Notes: generated from the letters alone by a model not told the origin. A DNA stretch of 64,000 bases from Candidatus Cloacimonadales bacterium (GCA_963678315.1 OY782781.1:1024001-1088000); one strand, 5' to 3'; positions 22,701 through 30,612 are shown, numbered from the stretch's first letter. Made by a program: numbers and translations.

Positions 22701-23681
22701 TTAGAAATTAATATCGATGTTGATAATGTTAATGACCTTCCTGTTATGACTCTTCCAGAATCATTTACTGTAACAGCAGGTGACTCATTAGCAGTAGATT
22801 TCCTTCCTTTCTTAGTTGATGTAGATGACGCTGAAGTTTCTCTTAACTTAACAGTTGAAGAAAACAATAATGTAGTTGTTTCTATTCGTGGCTTGGAAGT
22901 TGATTTTATCCCTAACGGTGATTTCGAAGGAATTGAAACTATCTACTTCGCAGTAACTGATGACAATTCAGCTGTAGAAGTAACAGACTCTGTTCTTGTA
23001 GTTATTGCAGATGATAATAACTCATTAGAAGATGCTGACCAAGTAGATTATTTAATTCTTGATAGAGATAGATTCCTTACTAATGGTGATGTAGATTTCT
23101 ATACATTCCAAGGAACAAGTGATCTAGCATATTTCGAAGTTAAAACAGAAAACGAAGATGCTTTAGAACTTTCTATTTACTTAAGTAACCAAGAAGATGG
23201 CTCTGATATTGATCTTGATTTCCCAGATTACCAAGCTACAAATTCTTCTAACATTGAAGTAGAAGTTCCTGCTCAAGGTTACTGGTTCATCCGTGTTCAA
23301 AACGATCCTCTTGCAAGAACTGGAAACAATGACGGTAGATATACTATCAGAATTAAAAGCTTAGTTTCTCCTAAGAATGTTCAACAAGAAAAGGTTGGCG
23401 ATGATAACCAACTAACTTGGGACGAAGTTACAGCTGCTAGAAGCTACAAAATCTACAGAAAAGATGCTAGAAATGCTGAATGGGGTCAACCTTATGCAAT
23501 AGTTAATACTAACTCATTCTTAGATGAAGATTCAGACTATAACTATGTTACTGCTAGTCATAGAAAGACTCTCTATCTATATAGAATTGTTGCTTCAACT
23601 GATCCAATAGGTATGCCTAGAATGCTTAATAAAAATAGTGTTAACGAGATGGATACAAACAACATCTCAAATATGAAATAA
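13773..23681 (+). CDS. Giant secreted multi-Ig/FN3 surface protein (3302 aa)
   Basis: Signal peptide; about 7 'YYTxDGSxP' Fn3-associated/CHB_HEX_C repeats; DFG..N.G ASH/choice-of-anchor-D-like repeats; BACON-like 'DWL' repeats; CARDB-like 'ExNExNN' repeats; cadherin-like NVNDLP; AGGA RBS. Confidence 0.85.
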   Translation: MQKSSLVVLFILMCSLLAAVFPAVEGYHNYSYEWGTFENAISFNWYNDNVPEGYSVANIEFNRNGFAEPMLLDYWGSAYYTDSDITIGNTYNYSSRFVYTNNSDNSTEYSEWSYVTIDTSELEDLLDAPTNLQLGAGTDWEGNKTIILSWDYTAPEGYWPDGFVVKRSDQDWFQEVYNMDPPFMFEDMDFTMGETYTYYVKARMMGEMNGDMIVSNPTATFTVDTNSLPLSNIQFNGMMSGTYNDLEAISLFTPDTGASIYYTLDGSEPTTDDILYTDPIVIPWGSEVSLKARAFKTGATESALLTLVYTLTGIVSDYYPEENKQGVNPEYPVFAWYKLASASGYYINVGTTSGNNDILANHFVDATDMSNYDGSYLREGVELDLDYETQYFWSITAQQTGTATTADSDERSFTTAAEVIVSSYPYQESFETSTINQLAEGWTDINLASYQTWKVYNSSASHGNNSVQLYTYSQNDWLFSSELAFSEGREYEIQFSHKGSSASLDAYLVDSRALDTPENPTIVQHLGHISTTNWWDTSAYNYTSLEDGNYFLAFKPTNNNGTYLYLDNIIINEAIANIPAPIVEYDDEAWHDNPFTLELNHEIEGAQLYYYVAPEWQNPYDFNASFASDRSLYEGPVQIEEPGSSMLYLQAEHPNWLASEIINIDLNIKPLLPAPMFDTEPGNYNNPIDVELISEAPAADTYYTTDGSDPFTSPTKVLYTEGDQIHIDMNETITIKAASVQENYMPSEILEGTFTTVPKLVQVTFSPEGGLFTSAQSIELNHIDAGTTIYYTLDGSAPDNTSLGYTTPLQLAEHTVTTISAIAYKDGFEESDVSSQTYTITGQVDSPTTNVAEGIYSSPQSVSLSTTTESASIRYTVDGTDPDETSTLWTGLPIEIGEFTTSTIKAIAYKENWAASEMMTITIQVTGQLPQVEFSLEGGAYESNQILSLSVPGYPTASIYSTSNGSEPSEASILYIGSILLNAPSDVTIKAIAVLDNYRTSEVASNDYEVRYKVETPVFSQESGIYTAPLDLEITSATNGASVYYTTDGSDPTTGMLYSEPIQLEEDTNTEIRAIAMRNGWFDSELASVNIQVTGTVPTPTIDTPSGVYVSATTVTVTNTMAQADVYYTLDGSEPTTDDNLYVEPLTFNPGDNDTLKVKAFREDWLPSTTVTRFYSVPDETMIYSFNMVNTTLTTEDNPSYSYSLVTNHTTANVNARITILDSDDNPVVVDEEVVTIFGEITNQFFREIDVEPNLAEGNYTYKLDILNTDDDILDTFEPTSPFQVGTPAYTITGNVDHDFGTLAAGSTNTHSFTLNSTGSIPLNMSYVPLSEPFSSNMLITVLGTGNSWEYTITFQPETYGTYFDQLVINTNAGAITCNFSGEAVMGQYRDNISEISATVDYGQTTQKQFVIYNDSPAADLNVSLSEAVDWLSLDQVTALVPDQDSLVVNATLGLATLVGGTYTTDITITTDDLRAETVTIPVTLTVNGAVISTSHDEIEVITGVGEDVFFKFRISNDGSEPLAYSLDEDADWLIPESDNGNIEANGNEDNELEFDGDIPVGTYTTTITIESNDINTPELTIPVTFIVQDAVFGFLPLDGILDFGNVAMGSSRSLPVTLKNTGNLALTVNSLVSASPAFTFDPEINDLELAGGTEQEVDVIFTPAATAFYNDVTLTITYEDEETAELSMFGRGEDPNPSFSIDWVDNRYDFGNVEVGSTEINDIRVYNNGNVELHFNNFVYEDEDITEFELEEFTLDVGKDHHFDVSFAPILAGEYELDIQMNTTEGATQTAVIEAIAFDNSNTAQLTYPEDEPFNGEMGVNPIEGLEGTNFEFRVVYTDLDNLPPRDGSPVLHLDLNHDGDTDDDGDQVIIMTEVDEADLVYTDGKLYECVFLVPFGYNPQYRMAALDNGFKVAEGQATHWLNGPVVANQGLDLGLYASHIEFSEYHPNAGQEVIVVAHIQNWGDLSADNVPVTFLLDEVQFDQLIIPHIEGNSEYTLETTVSSNVDGFLPVKVHVNRNNANPALIEANQLNNFASRPLVVGDVDVPGSIDVTATASPATVYESSYNTFSVYGRADYVDVHDPNLDVSGSFVRAELLQTGEVQTTHTNSWGNYSVRFNTPANIGVYDIEVYVTDYTLEGQETTQMEVIARPDRKDIRVYVSTVGSQYPRVNPPTADTFDIYVQVMNIGSVNVADDIDVDLNEGRSGLGGINLDNWTILGGLDAGESQTFTFEHPGVANIGWYYFHGAATHASMHTEDNTSNNYHNGSKYIYPALPDLTPTYVYFYNLPNYRNHGVVGSPFNGKVQVSNKYVTPSIQTTATVEYRGPFTGNVWAPFSNIVVPALGAFDSENIDFGRDINIPVGFAGFYDFKIIVDPVNPGIVAEHSELNNEIIKTIEVKNPDWDFFVNYNSIEISNYDPAFAVDQVNFTADISNNGTDEANNVQVKFEYIRFQDGVEIGPWQQIGDIKVIPNIGAYDTFEDVTSDLWLVPNSDGYKLRVTVDPFDNFVELNENNNDQERWLGYDFYPWAHSDYYYVTVGEEGSVGRYISSRASWQADDVPVVFYDWFPHEPFTPGVNPQQIGLEDVNIPGNNGTTYSRATKVWNQVGLHKITCHVDITDGERAAWNINPNPLAANGFTGLYTNEIYEDNNVDYLYMDVQEPLPDLVAWSEFINPTILNPDRNEAVDIQSSFENHGVGDVDEEFKIKFYIDSVQLGNEVVVAGIDSNENGAVQATEQFSSNVAGAHVIRVELDTDGVVGETNEDNNLASRVIVVGPAPNMVFGEELRNGRVGSGLSLSDSSPEAGQEIIITANITNNGRAEGSAWVDFYYVIAQDSTLIASRQFTVINGETEEISVDWIAESEFGSVVAVIRDATPIEFNALDNTAEVEFGPSLQFVGTYDNVHIDEDAGAQSIGDLDSIVENRDNTGVIFFASTDVEGATVTIDENNVLWLNPPTNYHGTITVDVEAVNLYNDSRSLEINIDVDNVNDLPVMTLPESFTVTAGDSLAVDFLPFLVDVDDAEVSLNLTVEENNNVVVSIRGLEVDFIPNGDFEGIETIYFAVTDDNSAVEVTDSVLVVIADDNNSLEDADQVDYLILDRDRFLTNGDVDFYTFQGTSDLAYFEVKTENEDALELSIYLSNQEDGSDIDLDFPDYQATNSSNIEVEVPAQGYWFIRVQNDPLARTGNNDGRYTIRIKSLVSPKNVQQEKVGDDNQLTWDEVTAARSYKIYRKDARNAEWGQPYAIVNTNSFLDEDSDYNYVTASHRKTLYLYRIVASTDPIGMPRMLNKNSVNEMDTNNISNMK

Positions 23682-23702
23682 TAGTTTACCACACCACTAC
23701 AT

Positions 23703-23742
23703 AAGAGAGGAAGATCACCACCTTCCTCTCTTCTTTTTTTTT
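23703..23742 (+). terminator. Intrinsic terminator after giant surface protein gene
   Basis: AAGAGAGGAAG-loop-CTTCCTCTCTT plus T-tract. Confidence 0.85.
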
Positions 23743-23797
23743 GAAGAATTTGCATAAAAAGCTAATGATAGTATCTTATTTTAAAAATATACTTAAA

Positions 23798-23958
23798 CCC
23801 ATCTAATACAGTAGAGCTTCTAGAATAGTACTATATTATTTGGCAAGAATAAGTTCCATAATCTCAGCTAGAATATATATTATTCAAACTTCGATTCTGT
23901 AACTTATTTTGCTGAAATAATCTGCACTCTTCACGAGAAGCCTACTGCATCAAATAGG
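23798..23958 (+). mobile_element. 161-bp MITE, copy 1
   Basis: Imperfect terminal inverted repeats CCCATCTAATACAGTAG / CTACTGCATCAAATAGG; 5-bp flanking duplication TTAAA (23793-97, 23959-63); near-identical inverted copy at 40968-41128. Confidence 0.9.
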
Positions 23959-23973
23959 TTAAAGGCTTAACAA

Positions 23974-24141
23974 ATGAAAGATAGAAAAATGTGTAAATGG
24001 AAAAAGAAAGATCTAGAAGATAACTTCCAAGACTACTGTAAGCTCGTAGCAAAACCCAAATATGTGTGCATGAAGTGTGGAAGAGTCACTACAGATGCTT
24101 CTACTGTTTGTAAGGCAAAAGAAATCAAGAAAGAGGATTGA
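23974..24141 (+). CDS. Small Cys-rich protein (55 aa), below the ORF-track cutoff
   Basis: MKDRKMCKWKKKDLEDNFQDYCKLVAKPKYVCMKCGRVTTDASTVCKAKEIKKED; AAAGG RBS; CxxC motif; hairpin AGACCTTTTCGAAAGGTCT downstream. Confidence 0.7.
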   Translation: MKDRKMCKWKKKDLEDNFQDYCKLVAKPKYVCMKCGRVTTDASTVCKAKEIKKED

Positions 24142-24184
24142 ATTTAAGAATCTTTACAAGACCTTTTCGAAAGGTCTCTACACA

Positions 24185-24456
24185 CTTACTGGTCCCCTTG
24201 AAAAAAAGCCGATTTTTCAATGAGGCAAGTAAGGAAGCAGTTAGAAGTTACTGGGAACGCTTTGCCTTTAGTCCGGCTGCTGCCGGATAGCTGGCTAATA
24301 CTGGGATCGCTTTGCCTTTAGTCCGGCTGCTGCCGGATAGCCGGCTAATACTGGGATCGCCAGCCTCTGTGCTGGCTTCACTTAGAACATAGTGATAAGT
24401 GAATTTGTAGAGACTTATTGAAATATTTCTCTTGTATTGTCCTGAAGGAACGACAT
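24185..24456 (+). repeat. Modular repeat cluster 2 (A, D, D, D, E, degenerate C, inverted F)
   Basis: A 24185-24234; 50-bp tandem D units starting 24249 and 24299, short D at 24349; E TTCACTTAGAACATAGTGATAAGTGAA 24377-24403; GTAGAGAC at 24407; inverted F 24439-24456. Confidence 0.88.
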
Positions 24457-24468
24457 AAAAGAGTAACT

Positions 24469-24496
24469 AAAAAAGAGCTGTATAAAACAGCTCTTT
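24469..24496 (-). terminator. Intrinsic terminator after nrdJ
   Basis: AAAGAGCTGT..ACAGCTCTTT hairpin with T-tract on the minus strand. Confidence 0.75.
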
Positions 24497-24519
24497 AATT
24501 TATTATAATCTATCTTAGA

Positions 24520-26793
24520 TTAGCATTTTGACCAGCCACAAGCCTGACATTTAAGACAGCCTTCTTCATGGTAAACAGTAGAACCACATTCTGGGCAAGT
24601 TTTGATTGAAGAATTAGACTTTGCTTCTTCTACTGAAGGAGTTTTATCTGTATCAATATCTATTTTAACTTCTATCTTATTCAAGGTTGATGTTGACTGA
24701 ATTTCTTGGAACTTTGCAAGAGCTGTAGCAACAGCATCTGAGCAAGAAGTAACAAGTTTTCCTTTATTCCACATTGGAGAAGGACAGCGGATACCTCTTA
24801 GCTGTTTGATGATTGATTCTATATCTACATCTGCTCTAAGAGCTAGTGATATAAGCCTTGCTTGAGCTTCTAATTGAGCAGAAGCACAACCACCAACTTT
24901 ACCCATTTGGATAAACATTTCACAGGCACCTTGTTCATCTGAGTTGATAGTAACATACATGTGACCACAGCCAGTTTCGATCTTTTGAGTAATACCTTGA
25001 GTTATCTCAGGTCTTAATCTTGGAGAACGTTTTTCAGAAGCTGTTTCTTTCTCTTCGTTAATCTTTTTACCAACATTAAGAACTTGGAATTGTCTAGAAC
25101 CATCTCGGTAAACAGTTACGCCTTTACAGCCTGTTTCATAAGCTAGTTCATAAGCCATTTGAATATCTTCTTTAGTAGCATCATTCTTGAAATTGATAGT
25201 CTTAGAAACAGCATTATCTGTATATTCTTGGAAAGCTGCTTGCATTCTAATATGCCATTCTGGAGAAATGTCATGGGAAGTAACAAAGACTTCTTTAACA
25301 CTTTGAGGAATCTCATCGATGTGCATTAGAGAACCTTCTTCAGAGATTCTTTCCATAAGTTCATCACTATAAATGCCTAATTCTTCAAGTTTATTGCGTA
25401 AATGCTTGTTTACATAGATAAGCTTTTCACCATCCATAACATACTTCACATAGACAAGAGAGAATTGAGGTTCTACACCACCAGAAGTGTCAGCAATCAT
25501 GGAAATAGTTCCAGTTGGAGCAATAGTGGTAACAGTAGCATTTCTAATACCTTTGCTAGCAATATCTTCTTTTAACGCATTCCAATCTAATTTATTATTG
25601 TTTCTAATTAAAGTATTCTTTTGATAGATAGAACCTTGATAATTAGGGAAAGAACCTTCTTTTTCTGCTAAAATAACAGATCTAACCTTAGAATGATAAT
25701 CAATAAATTCCATAATATCTCTAGCTAACTGAACTGCTTGATCTGAGCAATAAGGAATCTCCATTTGATAAAGAAGGTCAGCCCAGCCCATAACACCTAA
25801 ACCGATTTTACGGTTTGCTTTTACCATTTGGTCTATTTCAGGAAGAGGGAAATTAGATACATTGATAACATCATCAAGGAAATCTACAGAAGAATAAACT
25901 ACTTCTTTAAGTCCATCCCAATCAATTTTACCACCACCTAAATAGAAGTTAGCAACGTTGATAGAACCTAGATTACAAGCTTCATTAGGGAGCAGTGGTT
26001 GTTCTCCACAAGGGTTAGTAGATTCTATCTCTCCTATGTGGGGAGTTGGATTATACTTATTGATTCTATCAAGGAAAATGATACCTGGTTCACCAGTCTT
26101 GTGAGCCTTTTCAACAATCAAAGAAAAGATTTCTTTAGCATTAATCATCTCTATTGTTTGTCCTGTATGAGGGGATACTAGAGGATAATCTTCATCTTGT
26201 CGGACAGCACGCATGAAGTCTTCTGTAATTCCAACAGATATATTAAAGTTAGTGAGCTGAGTAGTATCATCTTTGCAGGTAATAAACTCAAGGATTTGAG
26301 GGTGTTGAACACTTAAGATTGCCATGTTAGCACCTCTACGAGTTCCACCTTGTTTAACAGCATCAGTTGCAGCATTAAAGACTTTTAGGAAACTGATTGG
26401 ACCTGAGGAAACACCATTAGTTGAACGCACCCTAGCATTAGTTTCTCTAAGCTTGCTGAAAGAAAAGCCTGTTCCACCACCACTTTTATGAATCATTGCT
26501 GCATTCTTGATAGTAGTGAAAATACCTTCCATACTATCTTCAAGAGGAAGTACAAAACATGCTGAAAGCTGCTGTAGGTCATTTCCAGCATTCATGAGTG
26601 TAGGAGAGTTAGGTAAGAAATTACCGGAATCCAGTAATCCTTTGTATTGTAAAATTTTATCTTTATCACCTTGTGCTATATTCTCAGCAACACGGCTAAT
26701 CATTTTATCCCAATCTTCTATTGTCTTTCCATCATTGTCCTTTTTGTAATAACGCTTGTTTAGTACTACTTTAGCGTTTTCAGTTAGTTGCAT
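24520..26793 (-). CDS. nrdJ: Class II (B12-dependent) ribonucleotide reductase with C-terminal TSCPD/zinc-ribbon domain
   Basis: PNSPTLMNAG, QLSACFV, QGG.RRGANM, TNPCGEQPL, TIAPTGTIS, GCKGVTVYRDGSR, terminal CPECG..EEGCLKC..CGWSKC. Confidence 0.93.
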   Translation of the reverse strand: MQLTENAKVVLNKRYYKKDNDGKTIEDWDKMISRVAENIAQGDKDKILQYKGLLDSGNFLPNSPTLMNAGNDLQQLSACFVLPLEDSMEGIFTTIKNAAMIHKSGGGTGFSFSKLRETNARVRSTNGVSSGPISFLKVFNAATDAVKQGGTRRGANMAILSVQHPQILEFITCKDDTTQLTNFNISVGITEDFMRAVRQDEDYPLVSPHTGQTIEMINAKEIFSLIVEKAHKTGEPGIIFLDRINKYNPTPHIGEIESTNPCGEQPLLPNEACNLGSINVANFYLGGGKIDWDGLKEVVYSSVDFLDDVINVSNFPLPEIDQMVKANRKIGLGVMGWADLLYQMEIPYCSDQAVQLARDIMEFIDYHSKVRSVILAEKEGSFPNYQGSIYQKNTLIRNNNKLDWNALKEDIASKGIRNATVTTIAPTGTISMIADTSGGVEPQFSLVYVKYVMDGEKLIYVNKHLRNKLEELGIYSDELMERISEEGSLMHIDEIPQSVKEVFVTSHDISPEWHIRMQAAFQEYTDNAVSKTINFKNDATKEDIQMAYELAYETGCKGVTVYRDGSRQFQVLNVGKKINEEKETASEKRSPRLRPEITQGITQKIETGCGHMYVTINSDEQGACEMFIQMGKVGGCASAQLEAQARLISLALRADVDIESIIKQLRGIRCPSPMWNKGKLVTSCSDAVATALAKFQEIQSTSTLNKIEVKIDIDTDKTPSVEEAKSNSSIKTCPECGSTVYHEEGCLKCQACGWSKC

Positions 26794-26816
26794 CCATTAC
26801 TCCTATATATTATTAA

Positions 26817-28265
26817 TTAAATTTCTTTTGAATTCTTCTCTACCCAATAGTCGTTAAGTTCATCAATTGACATTACACAAGCATTGTTCTTCTTTGCATA
26901 CCTTATGGTGTTTATATACAAGCTTTTCCAGAAAGGGTAATCAACAGAATCGAATGTATTGTTATGCCACAAGAGTGATATATGTGAATTGAACTTTTTA
27001 GCTCTGTCAAGTAACTCTTTTAGTCTAATCCCTGAACTCATAGCAGATAGATTCATGCCCTTAGCAGAGAGCATAGATGTATCCATCACAATTAAAGGAA
27101 TCTCTAGAATAGGGAAGGGTCTATTGTTCTTTATGTCAAAAGGATAGAATGGGTAAGATATACCAGCTCTAAAACCAATATTCTCCCAATAACCTAGTGA
27201 AGAATCGTACTTAAACTCCATTTCTGAAAGTAAGTTGAAAGTTCTCTGATACTCAAATGATAACTTGTGAGACCTATATCCCTTAGCTTGAGGAAAAGCT
27301 TTATCAATTCTTTGCTTTTCTTTTATGGCATCCTTAAACTCATAAGCTGACCTAGGAGAGCCATGAAGACCAATGTCTCTGTCTTTAAATACATTAAGTA
27401 CTTGTTCTTTATATTTATTATCAAGGAAATAAGATCTTCTTGAATCTTCTGAATCTTCTTGAACCAAGAGAAAGCTAGTGGACTTTGCACCTAGTTTAGT
27501 TTCTAAGTTAATGATTTTATTCATAGCTTTAACTGGGTTAAAGTTAGCTTTTGTTAGGGAATGAGCAATGAATTTATAAGTTGATCTAGTTAAATGCTTG
27601 CCTAATCTATGCAGATTGTAGCTACAAACCTTCTTATAATGCTCTTTAGCCCACACATCCCAGTAATCAATATCATGCGATAAAGAAACACAGAAATCTT
27701 TATTATCCTTCCAAATCTTATTCTGATTGTACTCAGGCTTGATTAAATCTAAGATTATATCAAGAATATCACAATAAGCATCTACTACAGGGGTTTCAGT
27801 GAAGTCCCATTTGTATTGCATAGATTGCTTATAATCAAACCTAATATCAGGATTTGAGTTTCCTAAGTTTATATGTTCTTGCCAACATGATAAGAGGTAG
27901 AATGCCGAAGCTATAATATCTTTACCAATTTCAGCAGAATTAACCCCTACATTATATATATCCCCTGGTTCAGAGAAGAAGAAAGGTATCTTTTCTCCTT
28001 TATACTCATTGAATCTTACCTTAAACTGAGGATAAGGAATCATCTTCTGGAAGAATGAACTTGCTTCCGGATTATGTTTGATTCTGACAGGGTATTTATG
28101 ACTACTATCAGCACCATAATAAATGTCTACATGAGCTAAGGTCTTCTTATAATAAAAAGAAGGGTTTAGCTTTAGAATGTAACAGAAAGTCCTGAATACA
28201 TACTCTGCTTTAGGTAGAAAGCTATCTTCAACATCTAACAGTATTTTAATATCTAAGTTCTTAAT
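26817..28265 (-). CDS. Polysaccharide deacetylase-like (CE4/NodB-fold) protein; probable ATT start 74 codons upstream of the track start at 28043
   Basis: SHDID, IGLHGS, GYRSH.L, YDSSLGY, EIPL..MD and LLWHN motifs; frame stays open to ATT 28265, which follows AAGGA. Confidence 0.7.
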   Translation of the reverse strand: MKNLDIKILLDVEDSFLPKAEYVFRTFCYILKLNPSFYYKKTLAHVDIYYGADSSHKYPVRIKHNPEASSFFQKMIPYPQFKVRFNEYKGEKIPFFFSEPGDIYNVGVNSAEIGKDIIASAFYLLSCWQEHINLGNSNPDIRFDYKQSMQYKWDFTETPVVDAYCDILDIILDLIKPEYNQNKIWKDNKDFCVSLSHDIDYWDVWAKEHYKKVCSYNLHRLGKHLTRSTYKFIAHSLTKANFNPVKAMNKIINLETKLGAKSTSFLLVQEDSEDSRRSYFLDNKYKEQVLNVFKDRDIGLHGSPRSAYEFKDAIKEKQRIDKAFPQAKGYRSHKLSFEYQRTFNLLSEMEFKYDSSLGYWENIGFRAGISYPFYPFDIKNNRPFPILEIPLIVMDTSMLSAKGMNLSAMSSGIRLKELLDRAKKFNSHISLLWHNNTFDSVDYPFWKSLYINTIRYAKKNNACVMSIDELNDYWVEKNSKEI

Positions 28266-28296
28266 CGGTCAATCCTTAATTTCTATATTGCTTATA

Positions 28297-30612
28297 CTAA
28301 ATTAAAACTTCTTTAAGTACTTCATCAACACACTTAACTAAAGTTATGTCTATACCTTCTTTGATGTAGTCAGGTAATTCTTCAATACTATCTTTATTGT
28401 CATTCGGAACAAGAACCTTGCTTATTCCAGCACGCTTAGCAGCTAAGATCTTCTCTCTTAAGCCTCCAATTGGTAGAACTTTACCCTGTAAGGTAATCTC
28501 TCCAGTCATAGCTATATCATGCCTAACCTTTTTCTGCATAAGCATAGAGGCGATGGTAGTTGTTAGGGTTACACCAGCTGAAGGACCATCTTTAGGTATA
28601 GCACCAGCAGGGAAGTGAATATGGAAAGCATTTTCATTGAAAGCTTCAGCATTTATGCCAAACTTCTCATGATTAGCATGAAGATAACTGAGGGCTATCT
28701 GAGCTGATTCCTGCATCACCTTACCTAATCTACCTGTTAGCTTAACTCCACCTTTACCCGGCATTGAGATAGCTTCACAGAAGAGTATTTCTCCTCCAAA
28801 CATAGTCCAAGCCAGACCTGTAGTTATACCTATTTCAGGCTTTCTATTCTTTATCTCAAGTGAGTATTTCCTATATCCAAGGTAATCATGTACATTAGCT
28901 TTAGTAACAGTAACTTTTGTATCATTACCTTCAGCAACCTTACGAGCTATTTTACGCATTACTGTGCCTATTGTTCTTTGCAGAGTTCTCACTCCTGCTT
29001 CCTTGACATAGTATCTAATCATCTCTTCTAAGGCAGATTTCATAACTCTTACATGTTTACCAGTAATACCATTGTTTTCCATTTCTCTTGGAATCAAGTA
29101 TCTTCTAGCTATTTCAACCTTCTCGTTTTCTAAATAGCTAGAGAATTCTATAATCTCCATTCTATCAAGAAGTGGTTGAGGTATTGTTTGAAGTGAATTA
29201 GCTGTAGTTATGAACATCACATCTGATAAGTCATAAGGAAGATTAAGATAATGGTCTACAAAAGAGAAGTTTTGTTCTGGATCAAGAACTTCCAGTAATG
29301 CAGAAGCAGGATCGCCTCTAAAGTCTTTACCCAACTTATCTATCTCGTCCAGCATGAAGATAGGGTTACTTGAACCAGCCCGTTTAAGCTCAGTGATTAT
29401 CTTACCTGGCATAGCTCCAATATAAGTCTTTCTATGTCCTCTTATCTCAGCTTCATCATGAACACCACCTAGAGACATTCTAATGAAGTTCCTATTCAGT
29501 GCTCTAGCAACGGAGCGTCCGATGGAAGTTTTACCAACACCTGGAGGTCCTACAAAACAGAGGATAGGTCCTTTAATCTCGTTACGAAGCTTCTTTACTG
29601 CCATGAACTCAATGATACGCTCTTTTGCTTTATCTAAACCATAGTGGTCTTTAGTAAGAACTTGTTCAATCTTTTCTAAATCCAAATTATCTTTAGTTTT
29701 CTTATTCCATGGAACATTTACTATCCATTCAAGATAGTTCCTAATAACACTATATTCGCTAGACGCAGGTTGCATTGTCTTCATTTTATTGAGCTCATCT
29801 TGAGCAGCTTCAAAGACAAAATCAGGAAGGTCAGCATCAACAATCTTATTTTCCCAACTGCTTATTTCTTGTTGAACCTCGTCACCTTCTCCAAGCTCTT
29901 TCATGATAGCTTGTAGTTGCTCACGTAGGTAGTATTTTCTTTGGTCCTCAGACATCTCAAGGTCAACATTACTTCTAATAGTATTCTCTAGTTTTAGTTG
30001 CTTTATCAAGTCAGCTAGATATTTATTTAGTTTCTCAATCCTAAATACTAAATCAATAGTAGATAGGATATCCTGCTTTTCTAGTGTCTTGATATCGGTA
30101 TTCTCAGCAATTAAATCAACTACTCTAGACGTCTGTACAATCTGTTTGATTGATGGAATAAACTCTTTTCCAGGAAGATTACTTTCCTTAGCAACAACAC
30201 TTAGAAGTTCTATAGCTATTTTTCTAAGAGCTTTAACTTTAGGTGTATCGTCTAATCTCTCAGCAAGTGATTCCACCTCTACTAATAATAAAGGTTCATG
30301 CTGAATAATCTTCTCCATTCTAACTCTTGAATTGCCCTGTAAAAGTATAGATAAAGACCCATCTTTGTTTCTAACCATTTTAATGATAGTTGCAGCTGTA
30401 CCGTATTCATAAACTTCAATATCATCACTTTCAACGTTGTTTTCTTTTTGAAGAAACATACCAACAGTTTTAGAATGTGCTAAAGCGTAATCAACAACTG
30501 CAATCTTTTCTGGATCAGAAACTACTAAAGGCATTACCATGAAAGGAAATAGCACTAGGTTTGAATTAACTAGTACGGGAAGTGTTCTTGGAACTTTGTT
30601 CTCTATATTCAT
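28297..30612 (-). CDS. lon: ATP-dependent Lon protease
   Basis: GPPGVGKTS, LDEIDK, PKDGPSAG, GGLREK..AA. Confidence 0.97.
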   Translation of the reverse strand: MNIENKVPRTLPVLVNSNLVLFPFMVMPLVVSDPEKIAVVDYALAHSKTVGMFLQKENNVESDDIEVYEYGTAATIIKMVRNKDGSLSILLQGNSRVRMEKIIQHEPLLLVEVESLAERLDDTPKVKALRKIAIELLSVVAKESNLPGKEFIPSIKQIVQTSRVVDLIAENTDIKTLEKQDILSTIDLVFRIEKLNKYLADLIKQLKLENTIRSNVDLEMSEDQRKYYLREQLQAIMKELGEGDEVQQEISSWENKIVDADLPDFVFEAAQDELNKMKTMQPASSEYSVIRNYLEWIVNVPWNKKTKDNLDLEKIEQVLTKDHYGLDKAKERIIEFMAVKKLRNEIKGPILCFVGPPGVGKTSIGRSVARALNRNFIRMSLGGVHDEAEIRGHRKTYIGAMPGKIITELKRAGSSNPIFMLDEIDKLGKDFRGDPASALLEVLDPEQNFSFVDHYLNLPYDLSDVMFITTANSLQTIPQPLLDRMEIIEFSSYLENEKVEIARRYLIPREMENNGITGKHVRVMKSALEEMIRYYVKEAGVRTLQRTIGTVMRKIARKVAEGNDTKVTVTKANVHDYLGYRKYSLEIKNRKPEIGITTGLAWTMFGGEILFCEAISMPGKGGVKLTGRLGKVMQESAQIALSYLHANHEKFGINAEAFNENAFHIHFPAGAIPKDGPSAGVTLTTTIASMLMQKKVRHDIAMTGEITLQGKVLPIGGLREKILAAKRAGISKVLVPNDNKDSIEELPDYIKEGIDITLVKCVDEVLKEVLI

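Noticed and set aside
24249..24376. 50-bp periodic repeats as a CRISPR array
   Set aside because: Units are adjacent near-identical copies with no unique spacers, only 2-3 units, and no cas genes in the window.
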